A stretch of DNA of 59,747 nucleotides, filler included, from Basidiobolus ranarum (GCA_040143965.1; 7 parts of 7 records of this genome joined end to end with filler, not necessarily neighbours in it); one strand, 5' to 3'. Shown: positions 38,248-51,716, counted from the first letter of the whole stretch. Program-made: numbers and translations. The notes: generated from the sequence alone by a model not told the origin.

Positions 38248-39259
38248 TCAAGGATCCAGACCTGACGTGGATTCAAGTTGGCTTGGACTCCTAGTGGCTA
38301 ATTGTCTCTAAGATAAAATCGGAATAAGCATGGAAAAGTGAGGTGGCTACTGGTCACTTACTACCTTCTTGTAACGTGCTTTTGTATTTTTCACTTTTAC
38401 ACTCACTATTTTCACCAGTTCGTCCACTAGGTCACTTTTTAGCACGTGGGGGAAATGAAGTTGTGCAAAATTATCCCAAGTCGGTGAATCATAGATGCCA
38501 AATTTCTTCATAGTAGATATAGCTAACAATCCAAAAAATTCTTTGGTAAGAATAACATCTGACTCTACCAACATTAGTGAAACAAACATCACTCTACCTC
38601 CGACATGGTTGTTAACATTTGTAAAAGTAGAGGCATTTTTTTCGATATGACTCATCGCACTAGCGGCAAATTGTCTCAACAATACCTTGACCTTAGCGTT
38701 TTCCTCCGAAGGTAGTTGTGATACTAGAAGATAAGATCCAACTAATGAATCAGTTGGGGAACAACTTTCCTAGTCAATAAAATGGGAATATTTAAGTACC
38801 GGGAGTGGTTGGTGAAAGTGCATTTATTATACTATCAGAGTCGGTTCGATGCTTTGTAGAGCTATCCGGGACCTGTCGCCTCACAGGAGTTTGTATTATG
38901 GCCTCGTATGGTTGTCCGTCGTTAGCTAAGGAGTTTGGCGGAGGTTTTTGTGAAGAAGTTAAAAGTTCGTTTAGATTAGCTTCAATGCCAGACAATCTAG
39001 CGTGTAAAAGATTTGCCGGAGACATTCTCAAGGCGGTTTCAAGTTTCTCTTCTATTCCGTCGAGACGCTCGTGCAAACTTCTAAAGTCAACTGCAATCTG
39101 AGAGAGTAAATTATTTTGAATTTCCTCTAAATAATGCCTTAAATGTAATGGTGTATCCACCAAGTTTCCAGTACGCATATCAAAATAATGTCCGGCATTA
39201 CCAGTCAAGGAGGATTCCCCAACAAGTGACTCTGGTTGATGATGTTCTCCAAAGTCCAT
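38248..39259 (-). CDS. Hypothetical protein: N-terminal coiled coil, Pro/Ser linker, C-terminal helical basic domain (3 exons)
   Basis: ORFs 38792-39259 and 38347-38682 plus a short last exon joined by GT-AG introns; heptads FRSLHERLDGIEEKLETAL; basic end IVSVKVKNTKARYKK. Confidence 0.65.
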
Positions 39260-40817
39260 GAAGTAACAGACTAACAGAGCAAAGTGAAGCTTATTTGAGA
39301 TATCAAAGCGGCTGAGCAGTTACAGTTCAAAAAGCCATGAATATCCTGTGGTGGCTGGCATGGTTTTCTGGCCTTGCTTGGATACCCTATACAGGGCCCT
39401 AGTTTATGGTAACTTGAACAAGAACTGGCCTTTTTTGTTGATAGACTCTGTTCGGGTACAACTCAATCAATTCAGCGATTCAAGTAATTGATTGAGTTGA
39501 TGAGATAAAATAAGGGAATGTTTTTCTCTGCGTCATTTAGTAGGTGATTTCAGGATTACTTCGAGGTGGCTTAGGAACTTGAACGAGTTTGTTTGAATTT
39601 AAATATCGCCATCAGTGAAACTAGCAGAGCAGAGCTATTCGTAGACTTTTCATTTTTGATTGGTTCTGGGTTGAAGTACTGAAGGAATAATTGAAATGTT
39701 ATAATGGTGAATTAAATATCGACATCGATTCAATTGTGTCACAATTCGGATTCAGCCTTTTGCTTTAGCGGTATTTCGTTTGATTCATTAAATATCGACA
39801 AATAGCAAAATATCCCAATCCATTTCCACAGCCATTTATTTTCTACAACGCCACCCTTACATATAAAACCAGCTGAAGAGGATACTCGGCACAAGCCTTG
39901 AACCAATGACTGTTCAGGATATACAGTAGCTATAGTAATGCTCAAGTATATACACATATGCGCATTCATTCGACCTCGTTACTTATTCAAGTCGTATGGT
40001 CTAATTGGAGATGAAACAGATTAATTCCTGGAGGGAGGAGAGTATATCCGAATACTCTCTCCTACACCAGTTACACCATTTTAATAATGTAAATTTCTGG
40101 TCTCCTTTGAGTCAGTAAATGAAGCTGATGATAAAACTGTACCTGATATTGTGTGATCAAAATACACGTCCACATGGGGATAGTGTATGGCTCCAGCATC
40201 CGCGTGCCTCGTTAATGGTAAACTGGCAGTTATTAAAGTAAGGATATCAAGGAGTTATTTGCATCTGCTTTCTCACTTAGATGTGAGGGTACCTTGGAAG
40301 TCATTTCAATTTAATTAGATAGTTGGATGTTTGCTACAATCATGGCTAGGGCTAGTATAGCAAGTGGTATCACCAGAAACCACCAATTTGAGGTATACGC
40401 AGATAGATAACTCCCTAATAAGTTGCGTAATGTATGTGGCACATGGTTTATAATGTTGGAAATACAACTTGTAATCCTAATGACTATTTGGCTTTGCCCG
40501 GATACCAGGATTTGATGTCCAGAATCAGTGCTGCTATGTTACAATAAGTTACATGGAGTACCATTGTATCCAGGTTCTTTTGCGACTGACTTGTAATACT
40601 AAAGCCATACAGTACTCTCTAAATGTATCAACACGCTGCTTTGAACACTTAAATATATCGATTTTGCCAGGTATAAACTGATCTGGTCAAAAATTGGAAT
40701 GTTTATTGGCAGAAGAATGATCTTTCCTATTTGTTATTTTTAAAATGGGGAAGCTTGCTTTGAATTATTTGGAATTTTCTAAACAGCCAACATTTGATAT
40801 CCTACTAGTGGATATTC

Positions 40818-41157
40818 TATTAAAGTATTTTGGGAGTTGTTATAAACAATTTAGTGAACTAGAACAATGGATGATTTTCACTTAATGATTCATTGAGTGT
40901 GACATTTGTACTTCTGTTAAGAAGTAGATAAACCATAATGTAGAATATGTTCCGGATGGTCTGAAGAACATGTGTACAATGCTTGGAGTCTCTTCAACAA
41001 GTTCGAGAAAATTAAAAGATCTGAGTACTCCCAAGTGGATCTCAATATTGTTACTAAATTTCCATTAAGAATAGCGGGTGATAACTTAGTGAAATACAAA
41101 TAACTAAACATTAAGCTATATTTGGCTATAGGTGCTTAGGCAATGCTAATTTCAACG
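40818..41157 (-). mobile_element. Diverged solo LTR, family A
   Basis: ttaaagtattttgggag start and ggcaatgctaatttcaac end match 7786-8133. Confidence 0.7.
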
Positions 41158-41652
41158 CAAGTAAATTACAAGTGGATATGGAATAATATGCCGGTAATAT
41201 TTTAATGTTTTACTTTATGACTCTATAGATGTTGAAGGTATGTGCTTTTTGAAATATTCATCATCTTCTATTCAAAGTTATTGAACTACTTAAAAAATCT
41301 CTTCTTAAGGACTGGTGAATAAATATTTCTCTTTGTATTCTCAATCATATATAGGAACTTAAAATTCTTTTTTAAACTCTAACTTTGAAATTAGTGGCTC
41401 TGTGTCTTCCTGTTTCCCTTAAACTTTAGTATATGAATAAAAAGTCAACAGTGCCACTTCTCAATTGCAAAAAGCAAATTTCAGCTACTTCAACTCATAA
41501 GGGAGCATTCTGCTTTCCAGATACTACTTATAGACAACTTGTTGCAAATGAAAAATCACCATAAAGCCTGAAAGAACTTGTTTAAACATAGTAAATAAGT
41601 AAATAGCAACATCCTAAATGGCAAATAACATCTTGTCCCCTAACAAAAATAA

Positions 41653-42681
41653 AATCAATTTGAACCAGATTGGATCTACCCTTCTGGATTGCCAAACCAT
41701 CAGAGAATTGTCATAATATTGGTGGTTTGAATTCTGCCAGGGATTTTGATGGTGAGATGGTGGCTTCTTGATGGTATTTCAATGGTTTTCATACATGGTA
41801 AAGTAGTGATCCTTATATTTGACATGCATTATTTATTTTCCGACAATTTTTGCAAAAACTAATTTTTTAATGGCAAATTACTGGGTTTACTGCCATAGGA
41901 ATTTGAATGAATATGCATGTCTTAATTTAGATATTTTAGGCTTAGTATGCCAGCCATAAGGAGAATCAAACAATAAAAGAATCTTGTTGTGCTTAGTCTC
42001 TACATATGCACATACTTGACTGATCACACATAACTTAACAATATCAATATGCTGTACCAGCAAACTAATGGTAGAAAAATTGCCAAATATCTGAAATTTT
42101 GAATAGCACTGACACTTGGCAAATAGCTGACTCTTGTTACCATGCACAATGAGAATAAGCTCTTGGATTTTGGCAAAATTCTGTAAAGAATTCAGCTATA
42201 ATATCCCCAACTTGCAGTCAACACATGTCCTGCCACAAATAGATGTGTTATTGCTTGAATAGATTACCCCATGGCCAAAATGTTAATACTGCATATCATG
42301 ATCTATCTTGCCAAGAAATCTGTCTTGCAGCTTTCCAAGAAATACCATCAGATTATCACACAAACAAATTAGTCCAAATTATAGAGGTACTTACTCTGTG
42401 TCCATGGATTGGGTTTTGTTGCTGTTATTCAGCTAAAACAATGCAAAAACCCATGAGCACATTGAAAAGAGCCCTTTGTTGTAAGTTTAATACACTCTGA
42501 AGTCTCCTTAACCCATTGCATTACATCCATCACTGATTTGGCTGATACATTATTGATCAGATTAGCATACAGTAATACTGACAATTTCACACAGAGCATC
42601 ATTTCACCACAGATGCACTCCATTGAGAACTCCCAGAATGTATAGCAAGGGCCTATAATCTCTAAGCATTGTGAAAGATGC
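41653..42681 (-). mobile_element. Second copy of the CACTA-like transposase relic (3' part)
   Basis: Colinear with about 26876-27890 over ~1 kb with frequent substitutions. Confidence 0.8.
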
Positions 42682-42781
42682 NNNNNNNNNNNNNNNNNNN
42701 NNNNNNNNNNNNNNNNNNNNNNNNNTTAATTAATTAANNNNNNNNNNNNNNNNNNNNNNNNNNNNNNNNNNNNNNNNNNNN
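42682..42781. other. Artificial contig linker
   Basis: N44-TTAATTAATTAA-N44. Confidence 0.98.
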
Positions 42782-43007
42782 TGCAAAGTTTGGGGCTTCT
42801 AGCACAAGTTTGAAAAATCTATATATCTGAGAACTTCTAAGTTGGTAAAAATATTCTAAGTAAATCCCAATTGAGAATAATTGATAATATCTTAGTGAGT
42901 TATAAGATAACTAAGTACTAAGCTATATATGACTATATAGGTGTTTAGGCAATGCTAATTTCAACATATATGACTATATAGGTGTTTGGGCAATGCTAAT
43001 TTCAACA
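42782..43007 (-). mobile_element. LTR family A partial copy (to 42966) followed by a second 41-bp LTR terminus (42967-43007)
   Basis: High identity to 7949-8133; the terminal tatatgactatataggtgttt.ggcaatgctaatttcaaca occurs twice. Confidence 0.85.
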
Positions 43008-43347
43008 CTCACTATGTCATTTTTCACACTTAAGTTTGTTGACTTTATTTAGTCAAATATCACTTTGCTGAAAATCAAAATATATATATTTTATATGTAT
43101 GTGAATTATCTGAGAATTAGCAATTTTATACTGGAAATTTTAAACTCAGCCAAATATCCCTAAAGATAGCCCATTTTACTCCCACAGATGTTTTGAACAC
43201 AACCCCAGTGTTAATTTTCTGTATTTCAATCAAAATGTATAATTGTATCATTTCTGAACAATAATTATTATCTCACAAGCTAATCACAACTCCATTTTTC
43301 TTAAGTTCATTCACATAGCCCATATTTTTGCAATAGAATATAGGCAT

Positions 43348-43488
43348 TTCAAAGGTGACAAATTAGCATTCAAGTGGTAAATGTGTAAAATTTTGGTTAC
43401 ATTTTTCACCCATGTGTTGATCCATAGTTTTCTGATATTGTAGCCAATTATGTGCAACCATTTTGCAAGATCTTCAAATTTCACTCCT
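43348..43488 (+). repeat. Dispersed repeat shared with 31596-31735
   Basis: Colinear similarity seen by eye. Confidence 0.75.
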
Positions 43489-43612
43489 GAAGTTGAAAAA
43501 ATTGATTAAAATAAATATGACTTGATTTTATGATGGTAAGTGAGTGGTCAGCCCAAAATGGATTAAAATTGCAATACTTTTCTTACATTAATAATGCTCA
43601 AATTTCTGTTAG

Positions 43613-43961
43613 TGTTCAGGTGCCTTAGGAGCCTATTGGAGGTGACATGGAAAACTAGGGAAATTGGTGGTTTTTACTTATGACTTATTGACTAGAAAGT
43701 TAGCATTTATAGTTTTGTCAAGATAAAATCAAAAGAATTTTGTAACATATGCTAAGGAAGATCCCAGAAGCATGTATGCAAAGTTTGGGAATTCTAGCAC
43801 AAGCTTGAAAAAACTATATATCTGGGAACTTGTCAGTTGGAAGAAATATTCTAACTAAATTACAATTCAGAAAAGTCAGTGATATCTTAGTTCATTATAG
43901 GATAACTAAATACTAAGGTATACATGACCATATAGATTTTTAAGCAATGCTGACTTCAACA
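43613..43961 (-). mobile_element. Diverged full-length solo LTR, family A (349 bp)
   Basis: TGTT...TTCAACA termini; colinear with 7786-8133. Confidence 0.8.
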
Positions 43962-45787
43962 GACTCAATCTTCTATATGGGTATGAAAATGGAGATTAAT
44001 AGTTGAGAGCTCTTTATGGAAAGTAATATTTCAATTAGTATTATACTGCTATTACTGGCATCCAGTAATAATTGGATATTACTCAACATTGTAACTGGCA
44101 ACTTTTAAGTATATAGATATTGTTCAAAATGATTGGTATGTCTGTTCCTAACACCATTTGTTAAGACTGTTGGAGCAATGTAGTAGGAAGCTGCCTGCAT
44201 ATACTGTTGGTGAGGATTCAAATAAGCACTGTATTTATGCTTCAATAATAACTTGTCAATAGATTGCGCACTCCAAGATTAGCAAATATGAAGATGACAT
44301 ACAACTTCACTGACATGTAGCAATATGTTGAGTATTGCACAAAATGGAACCGTGTTCTTGAGTGCAATGACATGAAAACAGTAAGCAAGATCGGAGCATT
44401 TGATCCCACCTTGAAAGATATCCACTTGGTCACCCTTTCCTTTAACTACAAATGAACACAGATATAATAGCGCGTACACAAAGAAGGAGCCGCGTCAAAA
44501 TATTTATTCTAAAAATCCTATTCACAAGCCTCAATAGAATTTGATGTAGAATGCAACATCAGTGATTGAATAAGCATCCCGAGATAATTACAAGCCAATC
44601 AGGACTCATAAATTATGCGCATATCTTGGCAGTGGACATTCACGGTCAAATTATTACAAATATCTGAAAAAGCTACTAATATCAGACTTGTATAAGGTCG
44701 ATGGATAATGAGAGTCTCGGCTCTACTGCCAAGGTATGTTGTGATGCATTGACCAAATCGACGTAACCATGAACCAATGAGATGCTGTACCAATATAACA
44801 TATTTGATTGGAAGCACGAACACGGGATAAGTCTGCGGAGGTCCAAGACACGAATCGCAGCATCGTTTCACTTCACCGCATAGCCACAACATGTCCAGAT
44901 CAAGGGCTGTTCGCAGTGTATTAAATACAATATTGCATGTGTATCTAGATCAGCTGGTGGAAATTGGCATGTATCGGTGCACGCAGGATGCATGCTTCTT
45001 CGATATCATTCACGGTAAATCTAAATGTAATCAACACCCTCCCCCCGAATACAGCGTAACCTGGCATGATCTCCAGGTACACTTAATCATTACTACTTGT
45101 CAAGTTTTCATTGTTGAGCACAATATCAAAATTACACGTAGTTGAGAGCTTCTTACAAGCATCCTGCTCCATCCATAACAGATGCGTATTTCTTATTTCT
45201 GGAAATATGTTATCATAAGGAGCATACCAATGAGCTTCAAGGAGTATTAATTAGCGAAGGGAAACAAGCGGATATGATTGGACTCAGTCCTAAATAGATA
45301 GCCATCCAATAACACCTGGAGAGGGGAAATTGGTAGCAGTTTAATAAAATTACAATAATCTACAAAACAAAGGGAATGCATTTCTGACGACTTCCAATTT
45401 GAAAATAATCCGTATTTCGATATTAGCCCATGCATTTTCTTCATGGTACACTACAATGGATGTGGTACAATCACTATAATTGAATATTACTAGGGACACG
45501 TCGTAGATATCTATTGGCTATTCTTGCGTATGGCGAGGCTTAGCCCTACCTTGGGGCTCCCCCAGCCAGACTAAAGTAATTTTCATCACAACAAACCCCA
45601 AGTAGTTTCCACTGATCTAACACTAGTATTAATTGAAAAAGTCGACATGTAATACAAAACCGGTATCGAACCCTGGGAGGTTTTTTACCAGGTGACTTTT
45701 AACGACCAGGATTAATCCTTGTATTTCAGTAACTCTTGTTGTTATTTTGCTTGAGTACTGCTTAGTCCCATACTACACATTACTATC

Positions 45788-46447
45788 ATGGAAAAATTCA
45801 AGGAGGTAAATATCTATGTTCCTGGTCTAACAAACCATTATCTTAGTGTCTCTCCCACTATCATGGAATCTCAATACTGTTCCTTATTTTATAAATGGAA
45901 GCTAAAGATTTTTCTTCTCTAGAAACTTAATGCCCTTCGCACTGAGGTCGATGCTGCCAATGCTCGTGCTGATGAAGCCGAGTCTGTCCTTAAAAGATTG
46001 AATGATAGTCAGAATGACCGTGACCAAGAAATCATGGGACTTCAAAACAAGATTCAACTTCTTGAAGAGCAATTGGAGACCGCCGAAGCCAGAATTCATG
46101 ATGCTAAACTTTTGAAGGAAGAGGATGAACAAAACCGCAATCATAGCGATACCTTGACTAAGAAAATCAACATGCTTGAAATTCAACTGGAGACTGCTGA
46201 GAACAACTTGAGAGAAACCACAGAGAAGTAAGTTATTTTATTCATGAGTGATGAAGCTTTTCTTGCTAATTCCTTCTTTTGTAGACTCCGTCAAGTGGAT
46301 TTGAAGGCTGAGCAAGCTGAACGCAGAGTTCAACAGCTTGAAACTGAAAAGGTTGAGATGGAGTCCAAGTTCGAGGCTTTGCAAGAACAGTACCGCAATG
46401 TGAAGGCTGAACTTGATGAGACTTTGAAATCTCTTGAAGAGATGTAA
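45788..46447 (+). CDS. TPM1: Tropomyosin (Cdc8/Tpm-like, 3 exons)
   Basis: MEKFKE|KLNALRTEVDAANARADEAE...LQNKIQLLEEQLE...LRETTEK|LRQVDLKAEQAERRVQQLE...VKAELDETLKSLEEM, a continuous fungal tropomyosin coiled coil. Confidence 0.92.
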
Positions 46448-47297
46448 ACACAACAGCATTAACTGTATAACACGCTGCTATTTTCACTTTTTCTTTCACT
46501 CATTGGTATCTTAATTCCTATGGTTTTCCTTTAAAATCATCCTGTCATTGTTCTTCTTTACTTTATAACATTGCATAAAAATTGACTTGACACACCTTGA
46601 ACCTGGTCAGCTTAACACAACTGTTGTATATCATTATTATAAGAAGTGCAATGTAGGGTTCTAGGTAGAATCAGGAAGCTTGACACAACTAATAGCTATG
46701 TGGACAATAATTTGTATGAGCCATTATTTTCAGCGCAAGTTCATCTACGTACATGGGAAATAGCAAGGGCCTAATACGATCAGAGATCATATACTCGAGG
46801 TTGACCATGTTGGATATTTCACATTGTAGCGTGCGTCCATTAAAATGTCAATCCAAGTCGTATCACGAAGAATGTTAGCCCCAGTTGCCTCAGTGTTTCT
46901 TAGTATTCAAGACTAAGAGTAGTTGATATAAACTCTAAGCGTGACGTGGAGTATATTACTGCGGAGGGCTGCGGATTTAAAAATCACAGCGCAACTTTGT
47001 TTATAAGATTAATGAGGGTTTAATCGGTTTTAGCGCAAGTTACTCAGAGTTGAGCCACTGAATTTTTATTTTCGATTAGTTTACTTGGACTCAAATATAA
47101 TATACGTTGATGACATTGATTTGATCTCTGTAAAACTCATCAGACTAGTTTCTACTAGAAAGTATTGTTCTGTAGAATTCCATTTTTTTTATCCAAATAT
47201 TTTTACTTTTGCTAACCTGATTTTTTTCTCTAAATCGAAGGTATTCTGTTGCCCGCTTTTATTCCAATTATTAGATACAAAGATAGAACGTAGTTAA

Positions 47298-49717
47298 ATG
47301 TCCAGCTTTGATGACTCTCAAAATCCTTCGCTGGAGAGTGGCCCTCCGAGAAGACGTAAAGTCACTAGAGCGTGTGACACCTGCAGAAGAAAAAAAGTTC
47401 GATGTGATGGAGAGAAGCCTATCTGTTCATATTGTATTTCCTTTGGATATGAATGTACATATCTTGATTTTCTGAAGAAAAGAGGTCCTAGGGGAAATTG
47501 CTCTGTCGGACTTGAGAAGCGTATTAAGAGACTAGAATCCGTGTTGTTTAACCTGAAGGACAAAGATCCCCAACTCTATCAACAAATATGTTCTGTTGAC
47601 ATGCCAGAGAATACGAACACTACACGTGGTGGCTCTTTGAATGAAAAGCTGGGTCATGATGAGGTACGCTTTAATTATTATTAGCATCAACTTTTTTACG
47701 GTTGCTTGCCAGTCAAACTTGTTTGATTGGCTTTCCATAAGTGGATAGTACAGTTTGGACTGATAAACGTAACATGTTTCTCAACTACTCTTTCTATCTG
47801 CTGTAGTTAGAATTGGCCGGCAACAATAGTGACGGTTCGTCAGAGGATATGTATACCCTGGAAAGAGCTATTGGTGAGCTCACTACCAATGAGAAAGACC
47901 AGTGCAGATATCTTGGCCCCAGCTCTGGTGCGTACCTTTTTGAGAGCGGTTCATTTTATAAACGAGGGATCTTTAGAGACTTTTCCATGCTTACCGAAAT
48001 CAAGTCAGATTTAAAGATGAATTACCCAAGAACAAGTGAGGATTTTGATTATGTTTGCGATATAAGCACAGATTTTCCGCCGCCAGATGTCCGAAAGCAT
48101 CTATTGAGCATATATTTTGCCCATCATCATCCATATTTCCCAATTTTTCACAAAAAGTGGTTTCTCAACAGGCTTGCTTCAGGAGAAAAAGTCTCTGGCG
48201 CCCTTTTGAACGCGATTTTTGCTGTTGCTTGTCTTAATTCAGGAAATCTCACTATGTATCAGAAGCCTACAAGCTCCGGAATTACGGGGGATGTTTTTTT
48301 CCACAGAGCCAAGAAATTCTTGGACACTGAGTGGTATGCTTCCTCTGTAGATAACGTCCAGGCCTTAATACTCTTGTCATTTCACCCTACTCATTCTTGG
48401 CATTTCCTTGGAAATGCAATTCGAATGGCTCAAGATCTTGGTTTGCATCGAAACTTATTAGACAAAGGTGGGGCAAATGATATTGAAAAAGAAAATCGTC
48501 GAAGAGCTTGGTGGGGGTGTTATGTCCTTGATAGAATATGTAGCTGCGGAGCAGGTAGGTCAATGTCGATTGACGAGGCGGATTATGATACGATTCTGAA
48601 ATTCTATGAGGAGGAACATACACAGCCTGAGTCAGAAGATGAGGATACTTCTATTTCGTTGAAGTACTTTGTTCAGCTGATCACGCTTAGCACTTTACTA
48701 GGCAAGGTTCTGAAAGCGATATATCCTGTTCGAAACACTTCAGCACTGAGTAGTGAAGATGTGTTGTGGATTTTAAATAAGTCCCTAAATCATTGGTATT
48801 CCAGCTTACCCACTGAATTTCAGCTGAGTTATACCAATTTACCAACAAGCTACAATACCTACTCAAGTATATTGAATGCTATGTATCATTGGGTAATGAT
48901 CTGTCTACATCGACCGTTTATCCCTCTTCCCACCAGCCAATTCGATTCGAACCCGCCCTCTCTCAATGTCTGCAACCATTCAGCTAGTATCATCAACTAT
49001 ATATTTCATATTACGCCGTGGCAGTTCATGATGCATGGGGTATTTCTACTATGGTATCCATATTCACACGCCTCTATGGTGTTCGTGGTTAGCATATTTT
49101 CGAAGGATTCACAAGTTGCCAACTCAACATTAGTGAATCTATCAACATACATGCACAGAGTAGAGAAGCTTAAGCCGGCAGTACACCAAGTAAATAAGAT
49201 GTTTATTTTCTTGGAGGATCTTTTACATTCGCGAGAAGTAAAGTTGTTAGAAGATCCTTCTTTGCGCCCAATCATCATTCCACTTGATCAGAATTCCTTT
49301 TCGAAGCCTGGTGGAGCACGATTTTCGCGGCGTTCCGATTCGGAAGCAATGGTTATCTATGCCGAAAAGACGGCACCCATTTCGCGTCCACAGGCCCCCT
49401 TTGAAACGTATCCAGCATCAAGCATCAGTGCTGCTCATATCAACGTAAGTGTATCTCCCACTAGTGAAGTTGAGGCTGAACAAGGTCCAATGGACATATT
49501 CCGTAACCAAGCTTGGAATCACAACCTATTCCCCACCAGTCCTCCGATATCCAATCCGTCTATTACTGTAGCCCATCAACCTTTTGATAGCTCAGGGGGG
49601 GCTGCAGCATTTGCAAATCCCGCCTACTGGAGCGGTAATGTCGAGTCTGAATTACAACAGTGGAACAGCTATATTAGTCAGTATACAATGGACAACTCAT
49701 TTCCATCAACAAAGTAG
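47298..49717 (+). CDS. Zn(II)2Cys6 transcription factor with fungal-specific middle homology region (one intron)
   Basis: ACDTCRRKKVRCDGEKPICSYCISFGYECTY; YLGPSSG; YFAHHHPYFPIFHK; AIRMAQDLGLHR; RRRAWWGCYVLDR; ICLHRPF. Confidence 0.95.
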
Positions 49718-51218
49718 CCCATATTCGGGCAAGTAAGTTTATGAAGTGTTCTTGTCCATTTTTATAGAAGGTGTGTGGGATCCCTTCATACTCGTTCCCT
49801 AGAGCTCTCTAATATAGCTTCCGATTCTAATGAAATCATATATAATCATTGGTATTGTAAAATAAGTATGAAAGCGCATACAATAAGCCATCCAATTCAA
49901 TACAATACGACTAAGACTTGTTGATGAGCAATCCCTCATGTTATTGAGATATTCGGTTGCTGCTAAATTTCACGGACCCGAATCAGAATGAAATATATAC
50001 TTGGTGCAGTTTTAATAAATAGAGCATGCCAACATACTAGATCAGAGGTATGAATATGTACGCCATCCCTTAAGAGTTTCTTTTTTGCTCGATTATAATA
50101 TGCGGGATAGTTAAAATAGTCACGGTATCCGAAGAATAGCCCAGGGGGGACATGAAGCGTTTAGTATATTAGAGTAGAATGGGGTGTGCTGCCCTCATTG
50201 ACTTCCATTTAAGGGCAACTAATAAATTAGATTACAGCATTGAATCGAATTGGGGATTTCCATATATATCAAGGGACGAAGGATACTGATGATCAAGTGA
50301 GCATCGCTATTCTGAAGAGCCATTTCAATCCAGGGTAGGAAGCCACAGGTTTCACCAGGTTGAAGCAAATTGAACAGACCTGGGAGATCATCGTACAGTG
50401 CAGAATTCCTGTAGCCACCGAAACCGTGGTAACGAAGTCCAGCCTAGTGATGGATGGCGATGAATGAGAATTCTCAGTAGCATTGATTCTAGATTTACTT
50501 TGAACACAAGGCCATCAATGTTCAAATGCATGTGGAAGTTTCAGGAATCCTTGAGTTTTCTAATGCACAAATATGATCTCTAACTGGGATAGGGATATCC
50601 AAAATCCTCATGGATCGAGCACATGACTCCCTTGGATCCATTGAGAGTGGAACAAATTCGAGCCTTGGGCCCGTTCAAAAATGAAACTCACAAGATCATC
50701 TGGTCACTGCTGGCCTTTCATGTGACAACAATACTTGGAATAGCCATATGCAACAAGAAGCTTCTTCAGGAAGATGATGCAATTCCGCCTGATGTAAACA
50801 TGGTGTGGGCCAGAAAACCTCAGCGTGAGGTAGCCAGCTGCCACCGTGTAGCCATCATCTGCATGTATTGAACCGGAGGATACCACCTTCGTGCTTCCTG
50901 CTTGTAGTGATCATGAGTTGGCGGGTGGAAACAAAGGAACGTATGGTGCGGTGCACTCCCAATGGGTAGAATGGTGATCACAACTTAAGCAGGCAATCAT
51001 TCAATAGCATAATTATGTCGATCAAATATTGGTTTAGAGATGGCTGGACACAATGTACTCTTGAAACCCATTTATTACTGCGCCTAAGGTTATTGGGGTG
51101 GAAATGTCGGCATATTGTTGTAAAGAATGGAATACATACGGTGGCCTTGATGTATCTAAAGATGTGTTTCCATTCCCCGCATCAACCTCTGCCAGAAACC
51201 GTTGAAATTAGAGCGAAA

Positions 51219-51318
51219 NNNNNNNNNNNNNNNNNNNNNNNNNNNNNNNNNNNNNNNNNNNNTTAATTAATTAANNNNNNNNNNNNNNNNNNNNNNNNNN
51301 NNNNNNNNNNNNNNNNNN
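51219..51318. other. Artificial contig linker
   Basis: N44-TTAATTAATTAA-N44. Confidence 0.98.
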
Positions 51319-51716
51319 GTCAACTCTTTAGGTGCAGGTTTTTCCTCTTTGGGACCAGCAGTATCATTGCAAGCAGCCTTAGCTACTGTAACTACTTTGG
51401 CGATCATTTCTTCGGATACATTCAAATCACGTAGAGCTTTGCCAAGATCATCGACCACAGCATCGAAATGCTCGTCTTTGAGGTTGAGATGGTGATGAGC
51501 GATATTCATCTTCTCACCATTATTTGCGGGGCCACCGAGAGCACAGGCCAAGGATTTTGCTTGGATGATACGTTGTTTTTCCATATCAACACCAACGAAG
51601 AATTGTTTAATTCGGACATCATTTAAAACGTATTTGCTGTAGAATAGATCTATAACTTGGGAGATAGTTTCTTCACCACCAAGTGTTTGATAAAGGGACT
51701 TTTCAATGGTAGACAT
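51319..51716 (-). CDS. Group I truncated (2/2) haemoglobin, trHbN-like; 3'-truncated
   Basis: SLYQTLGG, DLFY (B10 Tyr), DVRIKQFF (CD1 Phe), QRIIQ (E7/E11 Gln), ALGGP, AH (proximal His) and EHFDAVVDDL. No intron in the visible part. Confidence 0.9.

Noticed and set aside
44500-45250. Coding-like stretch with vague kinase-like words (YLGSGHS, WHDL)
   Set aside because: No continuous frame and no ordered catalytic motifs; cannot be supported without a profile search.
45655-45690. GGTTCGATACC B-box/T-loop-like motif on the minus strand
   Set aside because: No cloverleaf or A-box could be built around it, so not called as a tRNA.
50250-50900. GC-richer stretch that may be a decayed gene
   Set aside because: Short ORFs on both strands with no recognisable motif.
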